Part shown: positions 47,532 to 64,000 of the stretch, in pieces
How positions within the stretch are numbered: the stretch's first letter is position 1
How the letters are laid out: the number at the start of each line of letters is the position of its first letter
From: Escherichia phage VEc20
Reading direction: 5' to 3' (one strand)
Sequence record: MN022785.1
Length of the DNA stretch: 64,000 bases
Position numbers and translations under genes: made by a program
The notes under the pieces: model-generated
Databases searched by the model: none
Seen by the model: only the letters and a program-made list of their open reading frames with translations
Told to the model about the DNA's origin: nothing

Positions 47532-50500
47532 CAGTAAAAGCACCTTCAGTCACTAGTCTCAGAATTTCCAAGTTATCCGCAAATCAGGTGCAAGTACGCT
47601 GGGATGACGTTGGTGCTAATTTCTACTATTTTGTAGAAATCGCTGAGACAAAAACAAACTCGGGGGAAAATCTCCCGAGTAATCAATACAGATGGATTAA
47701 CTTAGGATATACTGCAAATAACAGCTTCTTTTTTGATGATGCTAATCCATTGACATCATACATTATCAGAGTAGCTACAGCTGCGCAAGATTTTGAGCAG
47801 TCTGATTGGATTTATACCGAAGAGTTTGAAACTTTTGCTACAAATGCTTATACATTTCAAAACATGATTGAAATGCAATTAGCCAATAAATTCATTCAGG
47901 AAAAATTTACTCTTAATAATTCTGATTATGTTAATTTTAATAATGACACTATAATGGCTGCATTGATGAATGAATCATTTCAATTCAGCCCATCGTATGT
48001 TGATGTTTCATCAATAAGTAATTTTATTATTGGTGAAAACGAGTATCATGAAATACAAGGTTCTATTCAGCAAGTATGTAAGGATATTAACCGAGTTTAT
48101 TTGATGGAATCAGAAGGGATTCTATATCTTTTTGAGCGTTATCAACCCGTAGTTAAAGTATCAAATGATAAAGGACAAACTTGGAAAGCTGTAAAGCTCT
48201 TCAATGACCGTGTAGGATATCCTTTATCTAAGACTGTATATTACCAATCTGCAAACACAACATACGTTCTAGGATACGATAAGATTTTCTATGGCCGTAA
48301 ATCGACTGACGTTAGATGGTCAGCAGATGATGTCAGATTCAGTTCGCAGGATATAACATTTGCTAAATTAGGAGACCAACTTCATTTAGGATTTGATGTT
48401 GAAATCTTTGGTACTTATGCTACATTACCTGCAAATGTGTATCGTATAGCTGAAGCTATTACTTGCACCGATGATTACATTTACGTTGTCGCCAGAGACA
48501 AAGTTAGATACATAAAAACGAGTAATGCACCTATAGATTCTGATCCATTATCTCCAACATATTCGGAAAGACTTTTTGAACCTGATACAATGACTATAAC
48601 CGGAAATCCTAAAGCAGTATGCTATAAAATGGATTCTATCGGTGATAAAGTTTTTGCTCTTATTATTGGTGAAGTTGAAACATTAAATGCTAATCCTAGA
48701 ACATCAAAAATAATTGATTCTGCTGATAAAGGAATATATGTTTTGAATCAAGACACGAAAACATGGAAAAGAGTTTTCGGTAATACCGAAGAAGAAAGAA
48801 GACGTATTCAACCTGGATACGCAAACATGTCAACTGACGGTAAATTAGTTTCTCTGTCTTCGAGTAATTTTAAATTTTTAAGTGATAATGTTGTTAATGA
48901 CCCTGAAACTGCGGTGAAATATCAGTTAATCGGTGCTGTTAAATATGAATTTCCTCGTGAATGGCTAGCCGATAAGCATTATCATATGATGGCATTTATA
49001 GCGGATGAAAAATCTGATTGGGAAACTTTTACGCCTCAACCGATGAAATATTATGCAGAACCATTCTTTAACTGGTCTAAAAAATCTAACACACGTTGTT
49101 GGATAAACAACTCTGACATAGCTGTAGTAGTTTATGCTGATTTAAAATACACTAAAGTTATAGAAAATATTCCGGAAACATCGCCAGATAGATTAGTTCA
49201 TGAATACTGGGATGATGGTGATTGTACGATAGTAATGCCAAATGTTAAATTCACAGGATTTAAAAAATATGCGTCTGGGATGCTTTTTTATAAATCTTCT
49301 GGTGAAATAATTTCTTACTATGATTTTAACTATCGAGTGAGAGACACAGTTGAAATAATTTGGAAGCCAACTGGAATATTTTTAAAAGCATTTTTACAAA
49401 ACCAAGAGCGTGAAACTCCTTGGTCACCGGAAGAAGAGCATGGATTAGCTGATCCTGATTTAAGACCATTAATTGGCACAATGATGCCTGATTCTTATTT
49501 ACTACAAGATTCGAATTTTGAGGCATTTTGCGAAGCATATATTCAATATCTTTCTGATGGATATGGAACTCAGTATAACAATTTACGAAATTTAATTCGT
49601 AACAAATATCCACGAGAAGAGCATGCATGGGAATATTTGTGGTCAGAGATATATAAAAGAAACATTTATTTAAATGCTGACAAACGTGATGCTGTTGCAA
49701 GATTTTTTGAATCACGTAGTTATGATTTTTATTCTACTAAAGGAATTGAAGCATCATACAAGTTTCTTTTTAAAGTTCTTTATAATGAAGAAGTTGAAAT
49801 TGAAATTGAATCTGGGGCTGGTACTGAATATGACATAATCGTTCAATCTGATTCTTTGACTGAAGATTTAGTAGGACAAACGATTTATACAGCCACAGGA
49901 AGATGTAATGTTACTTATATAGAAAGAAGTTATTCTAACGGTAAATTGCAATGGACCGTAACTATTCATAATCTTTTGGGAAGATTAATTGCTGGTCAAG
50001 AAGTTAAAGCAGAAAGACTCCCTAGTTTTGAAGGCGAAATTATTCGTGGAGTTAAAGGAAAGGATTTGCTTCAAAACAATATAGACTATATTAATAGAAG
50101 TAGATCATACTATGTAATGAAAATTAAATCCAATTTACCTTCTTCCCGCTGGAAATCTGACGTTATTCGTTTTGTTCATCCAGTAGGATTTGGATTTATA
50201 GCAATTACCCTTTTAACGATGTTTATTAATGTTGGTTTAACTCTTAAACATACAGAGACTATAATTAATAAATACAAAAACTATAAATGGGATTCTGGAT
50301 TGCCTACTGAATATGCTGATAGAGTAGCTAAATTAACTCCAACCGGTGAAATTGAGTATGATTCAGTAACAGGCGAAGCAATTTATGAACCTGGCCCAAT
50401 GGCTGGTGTAAAATATCCTCTTCCTGATGACTATAATGCTGAAAATAATAATTCAATATTTCAAGGTCAATTGCCATCTGAACGACGTAAATTAATGAGT

Positions 50501-50626
50501 CCTCTATTTGATGCATCTGGAACAACATTTGCACAATTTAGGGATTTAGTTAATAAACGTCTAAAAGATAATATAGGAAATCCAAGAGACCCTGAAAATC
50601 CAACACAGGTTAAAATAGATGAATGA
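47528..50626 (+). CDS. 7: Baseplate wedge protein gp7
   Basis: 1032 aa. Confidence 0.9.
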   Translation: MTVKAPSVTSLRISKLSANQVQVRWDDVGANFYYFVEIAETKTNSGENLPSNQYRWINLGYTANNSFFFDDANPLTSYIIRVATAAQDFEQSDWIYTEEFETFATNAYTFQNMIEMQLANKFIQEKFTLNNSDYVNFNNDTIMAALMNESFQFSPSYVDVSSISNFIIGENEYHEIQGSIQQVCKDINRVYLMESEGILYLFERYQPVVKVSNDKGQTWKAVKLFNDRVGYPLSKTVYYQSANTTYVLGYDKIFYGRKSTDVRWSADDVRFSSQDITFAKLGDQLHLGFDVEIFGTYATLPANVYRIAEAITCTDDYIYVVARDKVRYIKTSNAPIDSDPLSPTYSERLFEPDTMTITGNPKAVCYKMDSIGDKVFALIIGEVETLNANPRTSKIIDSADKGIYVLNQDTKTWKRVFGNTEEERRRIQPGYANMSTDGKLVSLSSSNFKFLSDNVVNDPETAVKYQLIGAVKYEFPREWLADKHYHMMAFIADEKSDWETFTPQPMKYYAEPFFNWSKKSNTRCWINNSDIAVVVYADLKYTKVIENIPETSPDRLVHEYWDDGDCTIVMPNVKFTGFKKYASGMLFYKSSGEIISYYDFNYRVRDTVEIIWKPTGIFLKAFLQNQERETPWSPEEEHGLADPDLRPLIGTMMPDSYLLQDSNFEAFCEAYIQYLSDGYGTQYNNLRNLIRNKYPREEHAWEYLWSEIYKRNIYLNADKRDAVARFFESRSYDFYSTKGIEASYKFLFKVLYNEEVEIEIESGAGTEYDIIVQSDSLTEDLVGQTIYTATGRCNVTYIERSYSNGKLQWTVTIHNLLGRLIAGQEVKAERLPSFEGEIIRGVKGKDLLQNNIDYINRSRSYYVMKIKSNLPSSRWKSDVIRFVHPVGFGFIAITLLTMFINVGLTLKHTETIINKYKNYKWDSGLPTEYADRVAKLTPTGEIEYDSVTGEAIYEPGPMAGVKYPLPDDYNAENNNSIFQGQLPSERRKLMSPLFDASGTTFAQFRDLVNKRLKDNIGNPRDPENPTQVKIDE

Positions 50627-51623
50627 TTCAAGTGTTATCTATCGTGCGATAGTTACTTCAAAATTTAGAACAGAAAAAATGTTGAATTTTTATAATTCAA
50701 TTGGAAGTGGTCCGGATAAAAACACTATCTTTATTACATTTGGAAGATCAGAACCATGGTCATCAAACGAAAATGAGGTGGGATTTGCCCCACCTTATCC
50801 CACCGATTCTGTGTTAGGTGTAACTGACATGTGGACGCATATGATGGGAACAGTAAAGGTTCTTCCATCAATGCTTGATGCAGTTATTCCTCGTCGAGAT
50901 TGGGGAGATACTAGATATCCGGATCCGTATACATTTAGAATTAACGATATTGTAGTGTGTAACTCAGCTCCTTACAACGCTACTGAATCAGGCGCAGGCT
51001 GGTTAGTATATCGTTGTTTAGATGTTCCTGATACCGGAATGTGTTCAATCGCATCTTTAACTGATAAGGATGAATGCCTTAAATTAGGCGGAAAATGGAC
51101 ACCTTCTGTTAGGTCAATGACTCCTCCTGAAGGTCGAGGAGATGCTGAAGGAACAATTGAACCTGGGGACGGGTATGTATGGGAATATCTTTTTGAGATT
51201 CCACCCGATGTATCTATAAATAGATGCACGAATGAATATATCGTGGTTCCTTGGCCTGAGGAATTAAAAGAAGACCCGACTAGATGGGGATATGAAGATA
51301 ATCTCACTTGGCAGCAAGATGATTTTGGATTAATTTACCGGGTTAAGGCAAATACTATCCGTTTTAAAGCATATTTAGATTCAGTTTACTTTCCTGATGC
51401 TGCATTGCCAGGAAATAAAGGATTTAGACAAATATCAATAATTACGAATCCTCTTGAAGCTAAAGCTCATCCAAATGACCCAAACGTTAAAGCTGAAAAG
51501 GATTATTATGATCCAGAAGATTTAATGAGGCATTCGGGCGAAATGATTTATATGGAAAATAGGCCACCTATTATCATGGCAATGGATCAAACAGAAGAAA
51601 TCAATATTCTGTTTACATTTTAA
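50619..51623 (+). CDS. 8: Baseplate wedge protein gp8
   Basis: 334 aa. Confidence 0.9.
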   Translation: MNDSSVIYRAIVTSKFRTEKMLNFYNSIGSGPDKNTIFITFGRSEPWSSNENEVGFAPPYPTDSVLGVTDMWTHMMGTVKVLPSMLDAVIPRRDWGDTRYPDPYTFRINDIVVCNSAPYNATESGAGWLVYRCLDVPDTGMCSIASLTDKDECLKLGGKWTPSVRSMTPPEGRGDAEGTIEPGDGYVWEYLFEIPPDVSINRCTNEYIVVPWPEELKEDPTRWGYEDNLTWQQDDFGLIYRVKANTIRFKAYLDSVYFPDAALPGNKGFRQISIITNPLEAKAHPNDPNVKAEKDYYDPEDLMRHSGEMIYMENRPPIIMAMDQTEEINILFTF

Positions 51624-51628
51624 ATTAA

Positions 51629-51655
51629 GGGAGCCCATGGGCTCCCTTTTTCTTT
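51629..51655 (+). terminator. Hairpin terminator after gene 8
   Basis: gggagcccatgggctccc followed by TTTTTCTTT. Confidence 0.6.
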
Positions 51656-51662
51656 ATAAATA
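51655..51662 (+). promoter_or_regulatory. Late promoter TATAAATA for gene 9
   Basis: Exact TATAAATA 25 nt upstream of the gene 9 ATG. Confidence 0.6.
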
Positions 51663-51686
51663 CTATAAACTCATAAGGAAACCGCT

Positions 51687-52553
51687 ATGTTCATTCAAGA
51701 ACCAAAGAAATTGATTGATACCGGCGAAATTGGTAACGCTTCTACTGGTGATATCTTATTCGACGGTGGTAATAAAATTAATAGTGATTTTAACGCAATT
51801 TATAATGCGTTTGGCGATCAGCGTAAAATGGCAGTAGCAAATGGCACTGGAGCAGATGGTCAAATTATCCATGCTACTGGGTATTATCAAAAACACTCTA
51901 TTGCAGAGTATGCAACTCCAGTAAAAGTTGGCACTAGACATGATATTGATACCTCTACTGTAGGTGTTAAAGTTATCATTGAAAGAGGCGAACTCGGCGA
52001 TTGTGTTGAATTCATTAACTCTAATGGATCAATATCAGTTACTAATCCTTTAACAATTCAAGCTATTGATTCAATTAAAGGTGTTTCAGGTAATTTAGTA
52101 GTAACTAGCCCATATAGTAAAGTAACTTTACGCTGTATTTCATCTGATAATTCTACATCGGTTTGGAATTATTCTATTGAAAGTATGTTTGGACAAAAGG
52201 AATCACCAGCTGAAGGTACATGGAATATTTCTACATCCGGATCAGTTGATATTCCACTATTTCATCGCACTGAATACAATATGGCTAAATTGTTAGTTAC
52301 GTGCCAATCGGTAGATGGAAGAAAAATTAAAACGGCAGAAATAAATATTCTTGTAGATACTGTTAATTCAGAGGTTATTTCTTCTGAATATGCTGTCATG
52401 CGGGTTGGGAATGAAACCGAAGAAGACGAAATCGCTAATATTGCATTCAGTATTAAAGAAAATTATGTAACGGCGACTATAAGTTCTTCAACTGTCGGTA
52501 TGAGAGCAGCAGTTAAAGTTATCGCTACGCAGAAAATCGGGGTGGCTCAATAA
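51687..52553 (+). CDS. 9: Baseplate protein gp9 (long tail fibre socket)
   Basis: 288 aa. Confidence 0.9.
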   Translation: MFIQEPKKLIDTGEIGNASTGDILFDGGNKINSDFNAIYNAFGDQRKMAVANGTGADGQIIHATGYYQKHSIAEYATPVKVGTRHDIDTSTVGVKVIIERGELGDCVEFINSNGSISVTNPLTIQAIDSIKGVSGNLVVTSPYSKVTLRCISSDNSTSVWNYSIESMFGQKESPAEGTWNISTSGSVDIPLFHRTEYNMAKLLVTCQSVDGRKIKTAEINILVDTVNSEVISSEYAVMRVGNETEEDEIANIAFSIKENYVTATISSSTVGMRAAVKVIATQKIGVAQ

Positions 52554-54358
52554 TGAAACAAAATATTAATATCGGTAATGTTGTAGATGATGGTACCGGT
52601 GACTACCTGCGTAAAGGTGGTATAAAAATAAATGAAAACTTTGATGAGCTTTATTACGAGCTTGGTGACGGTGATGTTCCATATTCAGCTGGTGCCTGGA
52701 AAACTTATAATGCTTCATCAGGACAAACACTAACAGCAGAATGGGGAAAATCATATGCCATTAACACTTCATCTGGAAGAGTAACTCTACAACTTCCTAA
52801 AGGAACCGTTAATGATTATAATAAAGTAATTAAAGCTAGGGATGTATTTGCAACATGGAATGTTAATCCAGTTACTTTAGTAGCCGCTTCTGGTGATACT
52901 ATCAAAGGATCATCGTCATCGGTTGAAATTAACGTTCAATTTAGTGATTTAGAGCTAGTTTATTGCGCTCCGGGCCGTTGGGAATATGTCAAAAATAAAC
53001 AAATTGACAAAATTATTAGTTCAGACATTAGCAATGTAGCTCGTAAAGAATTTTTAGTCGAAGTTCAAGGACAAACAGACTTTTTAGATATTTTCCGTGG
53101 AACTAGTTATAATGTTAATAACATCCGAGTAAAACACCGCGGTAATGAATTGTATTACGGCGATGTTTTTAGCGAAAACAGTGACTTTGGCTCTCCAGGG
53201 GAAAATGAAGGAGAATTGGTTCCTCTTGATGGATTTAATATTAGATTAAGACAGCCTTGTAATGTCGGTGACACTGTTCAAATTGAAACATTTATGGATG
53301 GTGTATCACAATGGAGAAGTTCATATACAAGACGCCAAATAAAAGTATTAGATTCAAAATTAACGTCAAAAACTTCTTTAGAAGGAAGTATTTACGTTAC
53401 TGATTTATCAACAATGAAATCAATTCCATTCTCTGCATTTGGATTAATTCCTGGAGAACCTATTAATCCTAATTCTCTTGAAGTTCGTTTTAATGGAATT
53501 TTACAACAACAAGCTGGAACAGCAGGATATCCTCTGTTTTTGTGTGAAGGAGCTAGTTCAGATACACAAGAAGGTTGTATATCTCTTGGTGGTGAATGGA
53601 AAGAATCAAACACAGATTATTCTATAGAATATGAAGATGGAAAACCTACCAGTCTTTTATTTGATAGAAAATTTGAATCAGGCGATATAATCGTTATAAC
53701 GTGGTTCAATAATGATTTAGGAACTCTTTTAGAAAAAGATGACATTATTGAATTAACGGATGACCGTTATGTTAGCAAAGGATCATCTACCGAAGTTACT
53801 GGTGATGTAGCCTTAACGGATTTTGATAAAATCGGTTGGCCAAATGTTGAAAAAGTTGATTCTTATACTAGAACGTATAATTCAATATCATCTATTTTCG
53901 ATAGCATTTATCCTGTAGGTTCAATTTATGAAAATGCTATAAATCCAAATAATCCGGCGACTTATATGGGATTTGGTTCATGGAAATTATTTGGTAAAGG
54001 ACAGGTTTTAGTAGGATGGAATGATGATGTTACGGATCCAAACTTTGCTTTAAACAATAATGATTTAGATTCTAGCGGAAATCCTTCACATACTGCCGGT
54101 GGAACAGTTGGAACAACAACAGTGACACTTGAGAATGCAAATCTTCCTGCAACTAAAACCGACGAAAGAGTTTTAATTGAAGACGAAAACGGATCAGTTA
54201 TTATTGGAGGTTGCCAATATGACCCAGATGAAACTGGTCCTATATATACAAAATATCGTGAAGACTACGCAACAACAAACTCTTCACATACTCCTCCTGC
54301 TAATATTAGTAATATTCAACCGTCTATTACTGTATACCGTTGGATAAGGATTGCATAA
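52553..54358 (+). CDS. 10: Baseplate wedge/pin protein gp10
   Basis: 601 aa. Confidence 0.9.
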   Translation: MKQNINIGNVVDDGTGDYLRKGGIKINENFDELYYELGDGDVPYSAGAWKTYNASSGQTLTAEWGKSYAINTSSGRVTLQLPKGTVNDYNKVIKARDVFATWNVNPVTLVAASGDTIKGSSSSVEINVQFSDLELVYCAPGRWEYVKNKQIDKIISSDISNVARKEFLVEVQGQTDFLDIFRGTSYNVNNIRVKHRGNELYYGDVFSENSDFGSPGENEGELVPLDGFNIRLRQPCNVGDTVQIETFMDGVSQWRSSYTRRQIKVLDSKLTSKTSLEGSIYVTDLSTMKSIPFSAFGLIPGEPINPNSLEVRFNGILQQQAGTAGYPLFLCEGASSDTQEGCISLGGEWKESNTDYSIEYEDGKPTSLLFDRKFESGDIIVITWFNNDLGTLLEKDDIIELTDDRYVSKGSSTEVTGDVALTDFDKIGWPNVEKVDSYTRTYNSISSIFDSIYPVGSIYENAINPNNPATYMGFGSWKLFGKGQVLVGWNDDVTDPNFALNNNDLDSSGNPSHTAGGTVGTTTVTLENANLPATKTDERVLIEDENGSVIIGGCQYDPDETGPIYTKYREDYATTNSSHTPPANISNIQPSITVYRWIRIA

Positions 54359-55017
54359 TGAGTTTACTTAATAATAAAGCGGGAGTTATTTCCCGCTTAG
54401 CAGATTTTCTTGGTTTTAGAACTAAGAAAAATGATATTTCGGTTATGAATAATCAGCCAGTAGGCGCTGTAACAATTTCACAAATAGCAAAAGGTTTTTA
54501 TGACCCAAATGTAGAATCTGCTATCAATGATGTTAGAAATATGGCAGAGCAACAGGTTGGAGCTGTATTAGTTAATATAAGCGGCGTATCTCCTACTGGC
54601 GTGCAACAAACAGACTATTGGTCATTTGAAGGAACCGTTACTGATACTTCAGCCAAACCAGGTGATCCAGTTATTGTTAACATGTTTGGTATTCCAGTTA
54701 AAGCTACTAATGGAATGACTTCAATTGAATTTACTAGTGCTGTTAGAACAGCTCTACAGGAAATGGTTGTAAAATTTATTGCAATTGATTCATTTGAAGA
54801 CCATCCTACTATAGGGAATAAAATACAAGTTAAGTATTTAGATAACCAAGAACATATCTTAGAGCAATACTCTGATAAAGGAATTACTTTCAAACAAGAA
54901 ATAATTTCTCCTTCTAAACCCGGGTATGGAACTTGGCAATTATTAGGTGCGCAAACTGTTACGCTAGATAGTCACACACAACCTACAGTATTTTATTATT
55001 TTGAGAGAATAGCATGA
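54358..55017 (+). CDS. 11: Baseplate pin protein gp11
   Basis: ORF 54340..55017; start set at MSLLNNK (219 aa, overlapping the gp10 stop). Confidence 0.85.
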   Translation: MSLLNNKAGVISRLADFLGFRTKKNDISVMNNQPVGAVTISQIAKGFYDPNVESAINDVRNMAEQQVGAVLVNISGVSPTGVQQTDYWSFEGTVTDTSAKPGDPVIVNMFGIPVKATNGMTSIEFTSAVRTALQEMVVKFIAIDSFEDHPTIGNKIQVKYLDNQEHILEQYSDKGITFKQEIISPSKPGYGTWQLLGAQTVTLDSHTQPTVFYYFERIA

Positions 55018-56564
55018 GTAACAATACATATCAGCACGTATCAAATGAATCAAAATATGTTAAATTCGATCCCACTGGATCGAATTTTCCTGGCACTGTT
55101 ACGACAGTACAGTCTGCATTATCAAAAATAAGTAATATCGGCGTAAATGGTATTCCTGATGCAACTATGGAAGTTAAAGGAATAGCAATGATTGCATCAG
55201 AGCAAGAGGTTTTAGATGGAACAAATAATTCTAAAATCGTTACACCAGCTACATTAGCAACAAGATTATTGTATCCAAATGCTACTGAAACTAAATATGG
55301 TTTAACGCGCTATTCAACAAATGAAGAAACATTAGAAGGCTTAGATAATAATTCATCAATAACGCCGCAAAAACTGAAATACCATACTGATGATGTGTTC
55401 CAAAATAGATATTCGTCTGAGTCATCAAACGGGGTTATTAAAATATCATCTACGCCTGCAGCTTTGGCTGGTGTCGATGATACTACGGCGATGACTCCGT
55501 TGAAAACCCAAAAACTTGCAATAAAATTAATTTCACAAATAGCTCCTTCCGAAGATACTGCATCAGAATCTGTGAGAGGTGTGGTTCAATTATCAACTGT
55601 TGCGCAAACTCGTCAAGGAACTCTCCGCGAAGGATATGCAATTTCTCCGTATACCTTTATGAATTCTGTTGCAACACAAGAATATAAGGGTGTTATACGT
55701 TTAGGAACACAATCGGAAATTAACAGTAATTTAGGAGATGTTGCAGTAACAGGTGAAACACTAAATGGTCGAGGAGCTACTGGTTCTATGCGTGGAGTAG
55801 TTAAATTAACGACGCAAGCCGGTATTGCCCCTGAAGGTGATAGTTCTGGAGCATTAGCGTGGAACGCAGATGTAATTAATACGCGTGGTGGACAAACTAT
55901 TAATGGTTCTTTAAATTTAGACCATCTTACAGCAAACGGAATTTGGTCGCGCGGCGGAATGTGGAAAAATGGCGATCAACCTGTTGCCACTGAAAGATAT
56001 GCGTCCGAACGAGTTCCGGTTGGAACTATTATGATGTTTGCGGGTGATTCAGCACCTCCAGGTTGGATTATGTGTCATGGTGGAACCGTGTCAGGTGACC
56101 AATTTCCTGATTATAGAAACGTAGTTGGAACAAGATTTGGTGGTGATTGGAATAATCCTGGTATTCCTGATATGCGAGGTCTTTTCGTCAGAGGAGCCGG
56201 CACAGGCGGTCATATTTTAAATCAACGGGGACAAGATGGTTATGGGAAGGATAGACTTGGCGTAGGATGTGACGGAATGCATGTTGGTGGTGTTCAAGCA
56301 CAACAAATGTCATACCATAAACACGCCGGTGGTTGGGGGGAATATAACAGAAGTGAAGGCCCATTTGGCGCGTCTGTTTATCAAGGATATCTTGGAACTA
56401 GAAAATATTCCGACTGGGATAACGCTTCATACTTCACCAATGATGGATTTGAATTAGGTGGACCAAGAGATGCTCATGGTACACTTAATCGTGAAGGATT
56501 AATTGGTTATGAAACTAGACCATGGAATATATCATTAAACTATATTATTAAAGTTCATTACTAA
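55014..56564 (+). CDS. 12: Short tail fibre gp12
   Basis: 516 aa; repetitive fibre sequence. Confidence 0.9.
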   Translation: MSNNTYQHVSNESKYVKFDPTGSNFPGTVTTVQSALSKISNIGVNGIPDATMEVKGIAMIASEQEVLDGTNNSKIVTPATLATRLLYPNATETKYGLTRYSTNEETLEGLDNNSSITPQKLKYHTDDVFQNRYSSESSNGVIKISSTPAALAGVDDTTAMTPLKTQKLAIKLISQIAPSEDTASESVRGVVQLSTVAQTRQGTLREGYAISPYTFMNSVATQEYKGVIRLGTQSEINSNLGDVAVTGETLNGRGATGSMRGVVKLTTQAGIAPEGDSSGALAWNADVINTRGGQTINGSLNLDHLTANGIWSRGGMWKNGDQPVATERYASERVPVGTIMMFAGDSAPPGWIMCHGGTVSGDQFPDYRNVVGTRFGGDWNNPGIPDMRGLFVRGAGTGGHILNQRGQDGYGKDRLGVGCDGMHVGGVQAQQMSYHKHAGGWGEYNRSEGPFGASVYQGYLGTRKYSDWDNASYFTNDGFELGGPRDAHGTLNREGLIGYETRPWNISLNYIIKVHY

Positions 56565-58031
<1,467 letters not shown>

Positions 58032-58034
58032 CAT

Positions 58035-58060
58035 GGGGCCGCAAGGCCCCAAAGGATTTT
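58035..58060 (+). terminator. Hairpin terminator-like element after wac
   Basis: ggggccgcaaggcccc followed by an A/T-rich run. Confidence 0.45.
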
Positions 58061-58062
58061 AA

Positions 58063-59764
<1,702 letters not shown>

Positions 59765-59805
59765 TAAATATTATAAACTAATTAAAGCCCAGATTAGGAG
59801 AAATC

Positions 59806-62943
<3,138 letters not shown>

Positions 62944-62973
62944 ATATATTAAAGCATATTAAAGAGGATTAAA

Positions 62974-64000
62974 AATGACTTTATTATCTCCGGGCATTGA
63001 GCTCAAAGAAACTACGGTTCAAAGCACCGTGGTTAATAACTCTACTGGTACAGCAGCTTTGGCCGGTAAATTCCAGTGGGGTCCTGCTTTTCAGATTAAA
63101 CAGGTTACAAACGAAGTAGATTTAGTTAATACTTTTGGTCAACCTACAGCTGAAACTGCTGACTATTTTATGTCTGCAATGAATTTCTTACAATATGGAA
63201 ATGATTTGCGAGTTGTGCGCGCTGTCGATAGAGATACCGCTAAAAACTCATCTCCGATTGCTGGTAATATTGAATACACAATTTCTACCCCAGGTAGTAA
63301 CTACGCGGTTGGAGATAAAATCACGGTCAAATATGTTTCAGAAGATGTTGAAACAGAAGGTAAAATTACCGAAGTAGATGCTGATGGAAAAATTAAGAAA
63401 ATTAATATTCCTACTGCAAAAATTATTGCTAAAGCTAAAGAAGTTGGCGAATACCCAACATTAGGTTCTAACTGGACTGCAGAAATTTCTTCATCTTCTT
63501 CCGGTTTAGCTGCAGTAATAACTCTTGGAAAAATTATTACTGATTCTGGTATTTTATTAGCTGAAATTGAAAATGCTGAAGCTGCTATGACAGCGGTTGA
63601 CTTTCAAGCAAATCTTGAAAAATATGGAATTCCAGGAGTAGTAGCTCTCTATCCAGGCGAATTAGGCGATAAAATTGAAATTGAAATCGTATCTAAAGCT
63701 GACTATGCGAAAGGAGCTTCTGCATTACTCCCAATTTATCCAGGTGGTGGTACTCGTGCATCTACTGCTAAAGCGGTGTTTGGATATGGACCACAAACTG
63801 ATTCACAGTACGCTATTATAGTTCGTCGAAATGATGCTATTGTTCAAAGCGTTGTTCTTTCAACTAAGCGTGGTGAAAAAGATATTTACGATAGTAACAT
63901 CTATATCGATGACTTTTTCGCAAAAGGTGGTTCAGAATATATTTTTGCAACTGCACAAAACTGGCCAGAAGGCTTCTCTGGAATTTTAACTCTGTCTGGT
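62974..64000 (+). CDS. 18: Tail sheath protein gp18, N-terminal part; gene runs off the window end
   Basis: Open frame from ATG at 62974 to the window end (MTLLSPGIELKETTVQSTVVNNSTGT...); follows gene 17 as in T4. Confidence 0.85.

Overview
This window is a T4-like (T-even, Tequatrovirus-type) myovirus genome segment. Positions 1-42368 are mostly minus-strand early/middle genes: N-terminal gp46, gp47, alpha-glucosyltransferase, late sigma gp55, the anaerobic RNR genes nrdG/nrdD, endonuclease VII, nrdC, rI, thymidine kinase, regB, denV, lysozyme e, a Nudix hydrolase, an 11-tRNA array, internal-protein-like genes, 57B/57A, and genes 1, 3, 2, 4. Positions 42416-64000 are the plus-strand late structural block: baseplate genes 53, 5, 5.4, 6-12, fibritin wac, neck genes 13-15, terminase 16/17 and the start of sheath gene 18. 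Gene names are recalled from T4 protein sequences and sizes, not from a database search, and the phage is a close relative rather than T4 itself (lysozyme differs at 3 residues, tRNA set differs). The most interesting material is in the hyperplastic stretches (about 11-24 kb and 26-39 kb): small ORF cassettes flanked by repeated early-promoter/stem-loop elements, a nucleotidyltransferase-like gene paired with a membrane protein, a four-gene paralog family with coiled-coil tails, a P-loop ATPase, capsid-targeting-sequence (internal protein) genes, a GrcA-like glycyl-radical cofactor with host-like codon usage, and a macro-domain protein. No CRISPR array, integrase or homing endonuclease was seen.
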